64,000 bases of DNA from Epiperipatus broadwayi (taxonomy: Eukaryota; Animalia; Onychophora): contig JAQFVV010000003.1 of the NCBI GenBank assembly GCA_028023455.1, forward strand, positions 3,038,001 to 3,102,000. The letters are read 5' to 3'. This document shows positions 39,585-54,156 of the stretch, one piece after another. The notes below the pieces were generated by a model. The model was not told where the DNA came from. It saw only the letters and a program-made list of their open reading frames with translations, and ran no database searches. Made by a program: the position numbers and the translations under genes. Each line of letters starts with the position of its first letter. The first letter of the stretch is position 1.

Positions 39585-41690
39585 GTGCCACTACTTTTGA
39601 CCCTATCCACAATTTTTTTTTAATTACAAAATAAAATAAGGTGGCCAAATGAGGGCACCACTAAACATTAGGCATTTTTTAATTAAATGTAAATGTTTGA
39701 AAACAGAAAGAGTACATATAATGAAGTTATGGAAGAATAAATATAAAAAAAGTGATTATACAGAAAGTGAATTATTGGTTTTTATGATGGGTTTGGGAAA
39801 AAATAAGGGGGAATTAGATATTAAGGCTGTAGAGTTGACAAAGATTATGTTGTGGAAATGGGATGGAGCAGAATATGGGAAAACTTAGAGTGGGGAATGG
39901 AAAATTAAGTGGCTAACAGGTTTATCTGGGCATAATTGTTCAGATATTCTTGACTTTGTTTAAGGAGAAGCCACAGTACATCACATCACCAGATTGCAAC
40001 ACATTCAACAATTATGGAGATTTATTTATTTACGAATGGCGATCACCAAATATATATATTCATTGTAATCTTATGTGGACTTATTTCTACCAAATGGACA
40101 CCTAAATATTTAAACATGTAATCTAGATTAAAACAAATACTTAAGTAAAATTTAATTATTTATTATATTCCTTTTTTTATTGGAATCTTTCATAATTCCT
40201 TCTCTTTTCCTTTTAGCAACCCAAACTGACTCGATCTATTAATAAAACCAAAACACAAATGTAAATTTACATGCAAAACTTATATCTTTTTTTAAATGCG
40301 ATTCAAATTATTTAATAAATGTTCTTTTCTCGAGGGAACATGTATTGTCACTTTCCCTATGGGCAATAGCAATCCAAGTTGATTATGACAATCCTAACTA
40401 AGTAGGAGTGAACTCAAGGGCAACTTACTATTGCAACACCCAAACCCTCTCTTTTTAATGTTGAATAATATATTCAAAACCTTAAAAAATTAACACAAAT
40501 GTCCACTGTTTGCTTGCAGTCTTTGCGCATTCTTTTTCTTTCAAATACCAGGTTCCACCCTAAGGTACTTCTGTTACTTATGGATGAACCTATTAATTAA
40601 ATCTTTATTTCCCCTCCTGTTTTAGCTTTTTAGATTGAGCAGTTAATATTCATTCCCATATACATACTTGAAATATAATAATAGATAGAGAATTATATAA
40701 ACAAAACAAATTTTTGATTAATGAAAATTAGAAATATATAATTAATCAACCCTCTCTATTGTTGAAACTTTTTTCTTTACAATTAAGTGAATATATTCTA
40801 TTACTCTATTAAGCCATAATAAAAAAAAGGTTCTTGAAGAAAAGTTCATAATTATTCTGATCGATCAGTGGTGTGCCTTTATCCAACAGGTTAAAGTTCT
40901 TGTATGAATTTTCTTGCAATGGCTGGCATGAATCCTCTGACAGTTCCATTGCTTTGAATTGGTTTCCTCAGTTGGCTCTGCACATTTTTGTTTCCCTTGG
41001 TTGGCATTCACGCATGTAGTTTCAGATGTGATAGGAGATGAAATTCACTGAGGGGAAAGTCCTAATATCCTTTAGCCGGCCAATATTTTCTCTGCACTGT
41101 ATAACATTTTTAATTTCTCTTCATGGTGCTTAAACTGTATATTGATACGAGTTCAAGCCAAATCAAAATACAAAGTCAAATGGCAAGTAAAATGCCAAGT
41201 AGCCCAAACAAAAAGAAATTCCATAATTTATACATTTTGAGTTCTTTCAAGATCCGGATTCACATTTTTAATTTATTTTTAGCTATATTTTAACCTTTTT
41301 ATTTATGTCCTTTTTGGTCATTCAGTTTTTTTCAACTAGTGTAAAGTTCTGGTTTAATTAGCATAATAAATAACGAAATACTTTTGATATCTGAAGTTTC
41401 AACAATAGAGCTAATTACAGGAAAAAATCTATACTTTTTTTTCTTTCCCCCATTCTTCTCTTTCCAAGAATTAGAATTAAGACAAAAAAAAAACCTTTTA
41501 TTAAAAAAAACTTTCAAGATCTTATTTTTATCTTGATTTAATTTATTTTAATAATTAAACTAAAGGAATGTTGATTCCTTCGAGATCTTCGAGATAAATA
41601 AAAAAAAAACTTTTAAAATAATATTTAAAAAAAAATTGTCATTTTAAACTAATATGTACACCCTTTTAATAAATTATATATATATGCATA
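39585..41690. mobile_element. LTR-like long direct repeat, copy 1
   Basis: Collinear with 45768-47465, abuts (AT)n runs, and carries a LINE insertion absent from copy 2. Confidence 0.7.
39672..39990 (+). mobile_element. LINE 3' fragment inserted in repeat copy 1
   Basis: Homologous to 3390-3730; catcacatca tail; absent from copy 2. Confidence 0.8.
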
Positions 41691-43039
41691 TTATAATGGA
41701 ACAGCTGGGTACACCATATATGTGACGACACGAATACAACTCAGTAGTTGGATGATTTGAATGAAATGTGTCAAACAACCTACAACAAGTCATATCCTAA
41801 ATTTGTGATTCGACACCCCATTTAGATGTGTCGTATGTTACTGAATCCGAAAAGGCATATAACAAAGGGAGCGCATCTCACTTCTGTATACCTAGCTCTT
41901 CGAATAGGATACTAAAGATGTCACAATGAAATGCACAGTTCCAAGTCACATCTACTTTCAATATACTAACTCATAATTTACTTACAATATTTCAATATGA
42001 TCTAGACTAATGCACATTCATTACATCTCCCTTTTTAGGCCCCATTACACCACAGAATTCAAACTCAGGGAGTTCTTGCAGTCAGCTCTCTTCAGGGATG
42101 GACTTACTCAATTATTAACCAAACATGCCTATATGTAAGCATATATATAGGAAAATGCTGATGATGATCAGTTATCTATAAGAGCAATACATAATGATGA
42201 TGATCACCAAACTTTTAATGGTGTAAATTCATGATGATGATGATGATCAAACATCTAGTGATATAAATGCACAATGATGATGTTGATGATCAAACAGAGA
42301 TCAAAGTGATTTAAACAACTTAATATGTTTATTAACTTCATATATAATAAATATTTACAAACAAAAAATAATAAAATAAATAAATACTCGGTTATCAAGA
42401 ATGGTTTTCTATCATTTTGATGGCTTCACACAACGAAACACAATGATGTGAAGTATATTATATACAAAATTATATTATATAATTCATTAAATATATACAT
42501 AAAACAAAAAAAAAAAAGCAAAATGAGAGTTCACTAATTCTAAAACTATCCCATTAATGTAAGTATTAGAAAGATATTTTTAGGCACGGGTAAATATATT
42601 TATAACAATTTTTTTATTAAAATATATATATAGCCCCACTCCCATCTATATGGGTGTGTAAGTCGTAGTAAAAAAAATTAATGATAGATATGAAAAAGAC
42701 CATTCACTCAGTGGGTTAATTGTGCACTCAGAAATAAAACAAAATTACAAGTAAACATTATTAAAACTTATTAGTAAATAATATAGTTTTGTTTGTCCTA
42801 AAGTTTGCCATCAATGTTAAATATATAAAAACCTTACTTGAGGTTGCCTTGATGGATCAATGTTGAATTTCCAGAGGAATCTGTAAATTTACTTTTATTA
42901 AAAATAATACATATTAATTGACTATGATTCCTTTTTTAAAATACATCAACATATGACCCATCTATTCACTGCTCCCACTTTTAAATTGCAGGTGATTAAA
43001 TTTGAAAAATGAATCTTGAATACACAATAAAAAAAATTA

Positions 43040-43146
43040 GTCAAGTATTGATAGTCGAGAGGTCAGCGACAGCTGCTTTACAAGCAGTTCTCCTGGGTTA
43101 GCGGGTTTGCTTCCTGGATGATGCTATGACACATGAGAAAAAAAAA
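43040..43146 (+). mobile_element. tRNA-derived SINE-like copy
   Basis: Homologous to 800-905; tail tgacacatgag(a)n. Confidence 0.7.
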
Positions 43147-43963
43147 TTACAATACATAAACTTTCAAATATAAATAATAAAAGCAAAAAAATAAAATAAA
43201 AATCACGTGAATCAAAACGAAATATATTTATCTTGAGGAAAGAAAGCATTTTGTCCACAGTTAAAAGTTTATAAATTTAAATGTCAATCTCCCTGTATAA
43301 CATTCATGTTCACCAACTCTGTTGATATTTATATCTTTCATGCTGCTTGGATAAAACATACACATATGAAATATCTCTCCTGAATGTATATAAATCCATG
43401 GAAGAATGCTATACACCGGCATCTTGCAAATAGACATTTTGATGGAAAATTTTATAATTTCATAATTTCACAATTTCATAATGACATTGAAGCTAACTTT
43501 GGAACATCCTACAGTACTGGTTTCTTTACCCCACACACATTGTAATGATTCCTTTATAATTGACTATTATTTATTGTGGCTTATATATATAAAAATAGCT
43601 TTTAAAAAAAACAGTCAATTTCTAGTAGTTTCCCATTTCCTTTGCATCATTTCCATAATAATGAATCCTAGCTTGCAGAATAAATTAAGTCATTAGTTCA
43701 TTCCTGTTAATTATAAATTGAAGTTTAACTTTCCAGTTTCCTTCTATGCAAAATAAAGATTTTATATTATCTTGAAACTACAGATTTTACTGTTTTTCGA
43801 TGCCAAACAGTTTTTGTTTAAACAGAACAAAATAAAAGACTTTTTTTTCTTTGTGCTGACAGTTCAATTGTTAGTTTCCAAGTGAAGAAACACTCAATTT
43901 TCTTGAGCTAGCTAAAACCTTTTGTTACAACTTAATAAAAAAGAAAAAACAAATTATATAAAA

Positions 43964-44093
<130 letters not shown>

Positions 44094-44799
44094 TAATCTT
44101 CATTATTTCAAATTTGACCACTTAGCAACAATTTTGATCTCATATAATTTTTGATCTTTGCTTATGTCTGTTATATAAGTCAATCAATTAGTATTTTAGT
44201 TAATGATCTTAAATGAATAAAAGAAAAACAATTAATTTCTACAAATAGACAAACATATTAGTTTATATGTATGTTTATATGCATATATACTTCATGTATA
44301 AAACAAATTTATTTGATTTCTCACAATAGATAAAAAAAAATAATTAATTTCTCAAACATATTAGTTTATATGTAGGTTTATATATGTATATGCAACATGT
44401 GTATAAGCAAGTATGTAGGAAATTTTATTTGCCTACTACTTGGACTGAATTCAAATAGTGTGAAAAAACTGGGACAGGTGTGAAGGTTGGTTGTAAGCCA
44501 TCTCTTACAATATATATATATGAGATGGCAGAAAATATCGGCTCATTGCATTCTCTCAGAAAAAATAATAATAAAAACATTTAATTACCTCTTGAGGTCT
44601 TTTCCTCATTCTCCTTTCTTGGAGTTATAGTTAATCTTAAACAGGGGTTCAATGCAATTACCCCACCTAACTTTAGTATTATCTTCCCCTTCCCCAGGAT
44701 CATTATATTCCATATCAACCAATATTTCTAATGCTTCTATTGATAAACAGCAGTTTTCAGCCAGCTTGCATCAGATCTCTATTAGAAGATTATATTTTA

Positions 44800-45700
44800 T
44801 GGTCCTTACAACCTGGAATTGATCCATAAGGTAAGCTCCCACCACTCTGAGTTTTTCCACTTGACATTGGAAAAATTAATTATAGGTCTCATCTCTGTTT
44901 GATCTACACTTTCTTGTGATATTCTCATGCAGATGGCCTCTTGTTTTTCCACACTCCAAAAACCCCTCAAGATCATTGCTCTGCATTCCTGAAATCTTTG
45001 GGGATTATAGTCCACTGCCTTCCACCATTGCCGGCAGGGCAACTTAAATGGCTCATACCTATAATAATTTTCCCCTTCTCGCTTGATCCATGGAAGTAAA
45101 AAAATCACACAAACTGTCCAAATAATTGAATGGGTTTTCTTCCCCATCACTCTTGAATACTTTTATTTGAATAAATTTTGCTAATGCTATCCTTTCAGGA
45201 TTAGTTTCCTCTGCTTCATTAAGTGTCCTTTCCACGATACTTTTATTCAAGTCTATTGCTGTGACCCTTTTCTTTTTAGACTTGATTCTATTTCCCCTAT
45301 GAGCAGTTCTTTCTCTTCACTTCCCTTCGTTTCTTCTATTACCTTGTTGGCTTCAAAATTTGCTTTTACTCGATCCTCTTCAAGTTTATTCTCCTTACTT
45401 CTATTTACTTCATTCTTTTTTAATTCATTAACCTCCTTTCTGAGGTCTCTACCATAATTTTCATTTCTTTAATTTCTTCATTATCTCTGATTACTATCTC
45501 TTTTAGATCAGCTAGCTTTAAGTATTTCTTCAAGCTGACAATGCTCAGGGTTGTTGAATGTGCCACCAGGCTTTCTATGGTACTTTCATCTTCACTCATA
45601 TTTTAAATTATTTCAAACTCAACCTCCCTCCCTTGGAATAGTATCTCCTTTCTTCCACCACCTGAATCTCCCTCAACTACTTTTTTATCCTCACCTCAGG
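44800..45700 (-). pseudogene. Ty3/Gypsy gag relic (frameshifted) with upstream coiled-coil-like region
   Basis: KVFKSDGEENPFNYLDSL and QWWKAVDY..RFQECRAMILRGFWSVEKQ lie in different frames. Confidence 0.7.
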
Positions 45701-45719
45701 CCATTTACTACATTAACTT

Positions 45720-45737
45720 GCCCAATATTGAGTGCCA
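45720..45737 (-). other. Decayed primer-binding site (tRNA-Lys-CTT type)
   Basis: tggcactcaatattgggc versus TGGCGCCCAACGTGGGGC. Differences are mostly CpG transitions, and it lies between the LTR-like repeat and gag. Confidence 0.55.
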
Positions 45738-45767
45738 TTTTCTATTTTTTTATTTTCTTTACTCTAC

Positions 45768-47465
45768 ATGCCATTACTTTTGACACTGTCTGCAATTTTT
45801 TTTAAATTACAAAAAAATAAGGTGACCAAATGAGGGTGCCACTAGACATTAGCCTAGAACCAGATTACAACACATATTTGACAATCATGGAGATTTATTT
45901 ATTTACAAATGGCTATAAATATATATATTTAATTGTAATCTTATGCAGACTTATTTCTACCAAATGGACACTTAACTATTTAAACAAGTAATCTAGATTA
46001 AAACAGATGCTTAAGTAAAACTTAATTATTTTACAATATTTCTTTTCTTATTGGAATCTTTCCTAATTCCTTTTTTTTCTTTTTAGCAATCCAAACTGAC
46101 TCAATCTATTAATAAAACCAAAACACAAATGTAAATTTAAATGCAAACCTTATCTCTTTTTAAATGCAATCCAAATTATTTAACAAATATTCCTTTCTTG
46201 AGGGAACAAGCGCTGTCACTTTTCCTATGGATGATAGCAGTCCAATTTGGGTACTAGGGCAACTCTAACCAAATAGGGGTGAACTCAATGGTGACTTACT
46301 ACAAGAGTGAGCCATGTCACAACACTTAAACTCTCTCTTTCTAATGTTAAATAATGTATTCAAAACCTTAAGAAAATGATGAAAGTGCCCACTATTTGCT
46401 TGCAGTCTTCACACATTCTTTTTCTTTCTTCTGCCATAAGATTCTTCTGTTACTTATGGATGGACTTATTAACTAAACTTTTATCCCCCCTCCTATTTTG
46501 GCTTTCTAGATTGAGCAGTTATTATTCAAACCCATATAGATACTTCAAATATAATAATAGATGAAGAATTATATAAAGAAAACAAATTTTTTGATTAATA
46601 AAAATTAGTAATATATAATTAATAACCCCTAGTAACAACCCTCTCTATTGTTAAAACTTTTTTCTTAACAATTAAGTGAATGTATTCTATTACTCTATTA
46701 TGCCATAAAAAAGGGTTCTTGAAGAAAAGTTCATTATTATCCTGTCAGTGGTGTGTCTTTATCCAGCTGGTTAAAGTTCTTGTAAAAAAAATTTTGCAAT
46801 GGCTGGCGTCAATCCTCTAATAGTTCCATTGATTTGAATTGGTTTTCTTGGATAGTTCTGCACATTCTTATTTCCCTTGGTTGACATTCACATGGGTAGT
46901 TCCAGATGGTGATAGGTGATGTAATTCCTGAGGGAAAAGTTATGATGTCCTTTAGCTGGTATTTTCTCTGCACTGTATAATATTATTTTTAATTTCTCTT
47001 CACCATGCTTAAGCTGTATATTGATATGAGTTCAATCCACATCAAATCAAAATGTAAAGTCAAATGCCAAGTAGTCCAAACAAAAGGAAACTCCATAATT
47101 TATACATTTTGAGTTCTTTCAAGATCTGGATTCACACTTTTAATTTATTTTTAGCTATATTTTAGCATTTTTATTTATGTCCTTTTGATAATGAAATACT
47201 TTTGATATCTGAAGTTTCAACAATAGAGCTAATTACAAAAAAAAAAAAATCTATACTTTTTTCTTACCCCCCACTCGTCTCTTTCCAAGAATTAGAATTA
47301 AAACAAAAAAAAACCTTTTATTAAAAAAAACTTTCAAGATCTTATTTTTAACTTGATTTAATTTATTTCAATAATCGAGATAAATAAAAAAAAACTTTTA
47401 AAACAATATTTCAAAAAAAAATATTTTAAACTAATATATGTGCACTTTTAATAAATTATATATAT
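45768..47465. mobile_element. LTR-like long direct repeat, copy 2
   Basis: Collinear with 39585-41690; upstream of the PBS and gag on the minus strand. Confidence 0.7.
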
Positions 47466-48634
47466 AAGATGGCAGAAAATACCAGCTCAATATATATAAA
47501 CATTCTTAATTACAATTTTAACTAGGTATTCTGTTAGCAATAACAAAGTTTAGTTCATCTGTGTTATTAATTGTTAAAAGTTTATACTATTAGTTCAAAT
47601 AAACATTAAAGTTAGGTATAGAGCTCTCATTAATTTTACCTATCATTTCTTTGATTGGATTTAATGATTGGCATAATATGTGCTTACCATGGTCATGGGT
47701 TTCTTATTTCTACTAACTATGGGATCCATTAGGTCTGAGTGAAGTTTTGTTTTCTTATTATCTTGTTAGGGTTCTCATGTTATGTAGGCACAGCATTTTG
47801 AATCAAGTCATCCTCTCGACTTTAGGCTAGAAAAAAGGCAACAATAAATGTATATGCTCAGCAATGCATCTGGTTTGAATTATCTTTGCAGGAAAAACAA
47901 ACACATGGCAAGACATTTGTATACAGTTTTCTGGATACTTCTCTGTGACATACCACTCGATAAAGAATTCAGCACTCTAATTTTCAAAATTCATAAACAA
48001 TCTTAATGAAGCAAAGAAGGAATCAATCAAAGTTCTTAGGATTGTCCTTTTGTACAACTGGTCTTGTTCCATTGCGCAAGTACCTATTCACACTTTTCTT
48101 TTATTTATCTCTTCAGGAATTTAACTCCATTACAATGCTTATTTTTATTATAATTAATTTACAATATTAATCATATTATCTTTAATATAGCATTCATTTT
48201 TGTTGTTGGAGTAACACAATTTCACTAAAATGAATTAACATTTTGCAAAATTTAAACAATGTTTAATTACATACTCTAATTTTTTTTTCTTTTTTCATTT
48301 ACTAAGTTCATATTGGTGATCAACATTCCGATCAGTCATATTTAATTAGGGAAAGAAGAAATATCACCTCCCTTCCTCTCCAATTAGAGTTAATTACATT
48401 TTTTCTTACCTTAACAAAAAAAAATCTACATGCACATTTTCTTTGATTACCAGACTAATTAAATTTAAATTATAAATCTTGTTTATTAAATTTTAAAAAA
48501 TCTATATTTTATATATATTATTATTATTTTATAAAATATACTTTTCTCTCTGCAATCTTCTTTCATGATAGAATGTCAAACAAATGTTGTATCAAAAATA
48601 GTGGTACAATATATTATTTTCAGATTTTTTCTTT

Positions 48635-51600
48635 GATGTGATATGGCTATTCCTTTATTGAAGTCAAAAATCTGTCATCCACTATGCCCAGAGAAACCTA
48701 TTACCACCTTACTTTCCCTTTCCATTCTCCACCCATATTCTTCTCTATCCTGCTCTATCTCATTTACACAACATCTTTTATCCACTCCATGGCCTTTATA
48801 TCTAGATCCTCCTTATCTTTTTCCAAATCCAGCATAAAGACCAAGAACTCACTTTCTGATAATCACTTAGTTTATATTTATTCTCCCCCCATTTCATTAT
48901 TTGTATCCTTTTCTGCTTGTACGTATTTACATTCAATTAGCTGATGCCTAGTATTTTTCATGTCTTTCTTACATAAATTGCAAACTAAATCAACCATATT
49001 TCTTCATTTATGTGTATATTCCCTTGTTGCTAATGATCCTGTTTTGGCCTTAAACAGTAGACTACTTTCCTTGCTGTTATTGCAAATTAACTCACACCCA
49101 ATATTCTGCTACTTCTATATACATTTAAGATTCTTTTTACTCTTCATTCTCCACCTCTCCAACTCCCTATTTTTTATTAATGCATCTATTCTTCTATCCC
49201 ATACATTGCCACTATAACACTCAACAATTCTCCTAACACAACTGATATAAAATCTTTATCCAAATCTTTTGCATGCCATACTACCTTTTCTCACCCATTT
49301 TGTTCCCTGTCCTTCACTCACAATTTAATTAAATACTATTTTGGCTATTCTCTTACTATCCATAAATTTGCAATCTACTGAACATACATTTTTATTTTGC
49401 TTTTTGAATCTTTCCTATAAAAACTTGACCATCCTATTTCTTCTTGAATTGCCCCTTTCGCTGTCCATACATCTGCATCTAATACATGTCTTTCTATTTC
49501 TCTTTGTACTTTTTCTAAGTAATCTAACACCCCTTTACTAATGCATAATGCATCATTACCATAAGTTAACCCTGCAACTGCCATACCCTTCCACACAATT
49601 CTTGCTACATTATATTTATCATAAATATATTAATTTATTAAGCACAAGAAGATGATATAATAATAATGTGAAAGGCTAAAACCTTCAACAGATGTGCTTT
49701 TAAAAATGCTTATGCGACAGCCAATCAGATGTAATAATGACTGCACATGGAACTCTCAATTCTAAAACCCAAGCCAGAAATATGAGAAAAAAATAGAACC
49801 CATCTTCTTCACTACTTAAATTTATATTAAGTAAGCCAGATTCAAGCATTTTGAACTAAGAGCATGAAGCTTTAAATACCTTCACATTTAATTCACAATA
49901 TTATATATAAATAAACAATGTAAAATCTTTCGATTTACTATGCAGTAATTTTCAAATCTAATGAAATGATCGTAAGAAATGATATAATAATAATGTGAAA
50001 GGCTAAAAACTTTGACAGATGCACTTTTAAAAATAAAAACACTGTTAATTTTTTTATCAATCCCTTTGTTTTCTTTGTTTCATTTATCAATTTTCTCCCA
50101 TTCATACAGGCAATTCTACTGATTATTTAAGACAATTCTCAAAAAGTTATATCTATTTACCAAATTTAACTTTATTACCCTCCAAGAATAAAATTCTTTC
50201 TCTTCTCTTTCTCCAGCATTTATCACCATTACTTGTGATTTTTCTTCACTAAATTTGATTGCCATCTCATTATCCATCTTGTGCAAGTCTTCAGCACAAC
50301 TGCCATATCTTCCCTACTTTCAGTGCACAAGAAAATATCATCAGAAAATAAAAGACCTGATAATATATGCATTCCCTTGCTAACTAATTAATAATATCTC
50401 TATCCCTCTTCCTAATCTTTCTATTTCCCTCTCCATTTCTCTCAAATATAACAAAACAAAATTGGTGATATAAAACATCCTTGCCTTAATCTGATCCCAT
50501 TTTTAACTCTAAGTGATTCTTATATTAATTAATAGATACATATAATAATTATTTTCATACAATTTCTTAATAAGATCCACTAAAGCTCCATTCATTCCCA
50601 AATTTACTAAACTTACCCATAATATATTTCTATTTACTCTATCATATATCTTCTCTATATCTATAAAGACCATATATAACTGCCTACCTGTATTCTTACT
50701 CATATCTATAAGTTGTGTGACTACAAATAAACTATCTCCCATATGCCTTTCCATTCTAAAATTTCCTTGCATTTCTTCCATTATATTATTTTCTTCTATC
50801 CATTTTGCCACCTTCCAACTACCATATATGCAAAAATTTTATACAACACCCACGTTACTGTTACGGGTCTATAATTGTTTATTTTTCTATGGTCCTTACT
50901 CTTTCATTTAAATAATAGTCTCACTCTTGTACTATTTCCTTATCTGAAAATTCTATCTTTGTGTCTCTTATTAGAACATGATAATAGATTTTAACTTTTA
51001 CCTATTTCCCAAATTCATCACCATCTCTGCTGCCCATCTATCTAAACATTTTGCCTTTCCACTTTTCAACTTCTTCCCTGCCTCATTCAATTCATTTTTT
51101 GTAAACTTATATTTCCATTATTATCCTTTACATCTAACATCTTTTCTATATCCATTAAATATTTATTTAAGATTGTCTCTAATTCTTCTCTAGAGAGAAG
51201 AGCACACTTTCTCCTCACCAGTCAGTAATACTATTTCTCTCACCCCTACATTCCTCCTGTTAATATATTTCCAAAAATTTTTATTCCCATCTTTTTTATT
51301 TTTATCCTCCAATAATTTACTATTTAATTTCATTCTCTATATATAATTATCTATTTTAGCCAACTTCTTTTTATTTAAATAGTTTTCCATTTAATACCAA
51401 CATCTTTTTAACTTTCTTTGTTTTAAATAGCCCTCTGTATGCTTTTTTTCTCTCTTTTACACTTTTACTAATTCTCACTTTTCTATTACTTTTATTCTTC
51501 TGATTATTCTCACCTGAAACTTTATTTGCCACATTTTCTACTTTACCACATCAGTCCTTATATTCATCTTCAACAAGTTCTTCCATAATTTCTTCTACTT

Positions 51601-51640
51601 TTATTTTATATTCTTTTAACTTATTCTTATCACCAAACAA
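48635..51640 (-). mobile_element. Decayed LINE (RT domain to 3' end)
   Basis: MQGNFR..R..GDSLFVVTQLID...LYMVFIDIEKIYDRVNR (50509-50811), RT C-terminus (49375-49596), and a 3' end shared with 3310-3740. Confidence 0.85.
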
Positions 51641-53021
51641 AATTATAGATATTTATTTATTTTTAAATGATTGCTTAAAACAACAATATTATAAATAATA
51701 TTAACTATTATATTTTTTTTTTTAATTAGTACAGAAAAGTGCTTAAAATTGTATATTTAATGCATCCAACTTAATACACTTTAATAATATTATATTAATT
51801 ATTATTTTCTGATAAAATCTTTTAACATGTGACTATTTTATATTTACAGCCAATAACTTAGTCACAAATGGGTAAATTTCTCACTTACTTACAACATCTG
51901 CTTTAATAGTAATAATTTACTTTACTCTAAAGCCACCTATTAACGCCTTAAGTAATAATTGTGCACTAAATGTCAGTGCTACATTCAAATCTTCAACAAT
52001 AAAAAGAAGTTGATGGTGGTTACAGAATATGTAAATACAAATCCAACCCTTGCCAATGATGGTCTATAGTCAAACACAAATCAGAAAAATAGCTTTTAAC
52101 ATTGCCATCTAGTATTCACTGATTACTCAAGATTACCCATAGATTCTTCTGAAATGAAATGAATTACTGCTCTTAATGCAAATGTATAAATAAACACTTT
52201 TTAAAAAATAGAATAGGTGGAAGGATTAAGCCAAAAATATTCTTCAAATGACAAAAAAAAAATTGACTTTGAAAAAAAACTTTTTTGGGTTCCTTTAATA
52301 ATTTTTTGTAATAATAAATATTTAATCATAGTAGCAAAATAAAATAAACCATTTATATGAAAACTATTTTCTGTAAATACATAAATGTAAAAACATCATA
52401 GAGATGTTAAAGACAGCTAGATAAAAGTTTTATAAAAATAAGTGACTTTTATCTACAAAATCCAAACCATGAAATAAGTGAAGACTAAAATAAGCAGACA
52501 CTAGATGATAGTATGCTATGTTCTGAGGATACTATTATCTCAATATCAGTCTGAGAGTATTGGTAACTATAAACTCAAATGCAAATTTGATGTAACAAAA
52601 CACTTTTATTCAATGTTAAATGACAAAATAGAAAAAGAATAAATATTAAGAAATGATGGTCTATAGTCCATAGATGAGTTTCCACTTGTGTGTGTCAATG
52701 TGTGTCAATAATTGTAACCTATTACATTGTGTCTTAAATGAAGAAAGTTTTTCATGCACCAAGTCTGATTTGAATCTAATATATACATTATGAACTACAA
52801 AGTTAAACTTTGAGCAGTTATGTCAACTATGCTGACTATCTGCTGCTAATGTAGGATGCAAAATATATATGCAATTATACACTTTCTTAAGTCTTAGCAT
52901 GGTCTTTTTATAAGAGTTCATTTTTGCATAATTTGTTTCATTTGCATAACTGATTTTAATATACATTTAAATGTATGATTGGCATATGTAATTTTCTAAA
53001 GTAGCATAATAATAATAAAGG

Positions 53022-54019
53022 AGATAGTCAAAATAAGAGTCATAGATCACATGACCCTATTCTCTTATGCTTGTAAGTTATAAACAATGAGGATTGCCAA
53101 TTCCTCAACAAGCTTTGTGTTAAATGCTTAGCCAGAGAAAGCATTTAAAATATCTCTGTCAGGAACCCCTCCCCAAACCCCTGACCATGGTTTCATGCTT
53201 TGGCACTCCTCAGAGAGGTGTCAGGGTAGGTTCAGACACTAGATCTAAAAATATCAACCCAAATCCAGCATTTGATTAAAAGTTATCCATTGAGTGGAAA
53301 ATCTGAAATTTTGATTCACGTAGGTTCAGACACTAGATCTAAAAATACCAACACAAAGCCAGCATTTAACTAAAAGTTATCTATTGAGTGGAAACCTACC
53401 CTGACATCTCTCTGAGGAGTTCCAAAGCACGAAACCATGGGCAGGGGTTTGGGGAGGAGTTCCTGACAGAGATATTTTAAATGCTTTCTCTGGCTAAGCA
53501 TTTAACACAAAGCTTATTGAGGAATTGGCAATCCTCATTGTTTATAACTTACAAGCTTAAGAGAATAGAGTCATGTGATCTATGACTCTTATTTTGACTA
53601 TTTATAGTCTCTGCCTTAAGTCTTATGCAATGTTATATTGCTAAGACTACTAATATATGGTATGGCTGAAGATCTATCAGCCCCATATAGCTATTTGAGT
53701 TGGATAGCTGGGTTTGAAGACATGTAGGTGTCTGAAAATTTCAGATTTTCCACTCAATAGATAACTTTTAGTTAAATGCTGGCTTTGGGTTGGTATTTTT
53801 AGATCTAGTGTCTGAACCTACCCTGACACCTCTCTGAGGAGTGCCAAAGCATGAAACCATGGTCAGGGGTTTGGGGAGGGGTTCCTGACAGAGATATTTT
53901 AAATGCTTTCTCTGGCTAAGCATTTAACACAAAGTTTGTTGAGAAATTGACAATCCTCATTGTTTATAACTTACAAGCTTAAGAGAATAGGGTCATATGA
54001 TCTATGACTCTTATTTTGT
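53022..54019. mobile_element. Family B HHR element: one inverted and two tandem copies
   Basis: HHRs at 53178-53218 (-), 53407-53447 (+) and 53829-53869 (+). Possible TSD taataaagg at 53013-53021 and 54020-54028. Confidence 0.9.
53829..53869 (+). ncRNA. Family B HHR
   Basis: cctct-CTGAGGA-gtgc-caaa-gcat-GAAA-ccatgg-TC-agggg. Confidence 0.88.
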
Positions 54020-54156
54020 TTAATAAAGGGAATATTTCATTCATACACTGTCTGCACATGTTTACATGTTTAAATAATAAACTTTATTCACATTGAGTAT
54101 ATAAACAATATACATGCAGACTGCTCACTTCTCCCCCTACTTATCCACACATATAA

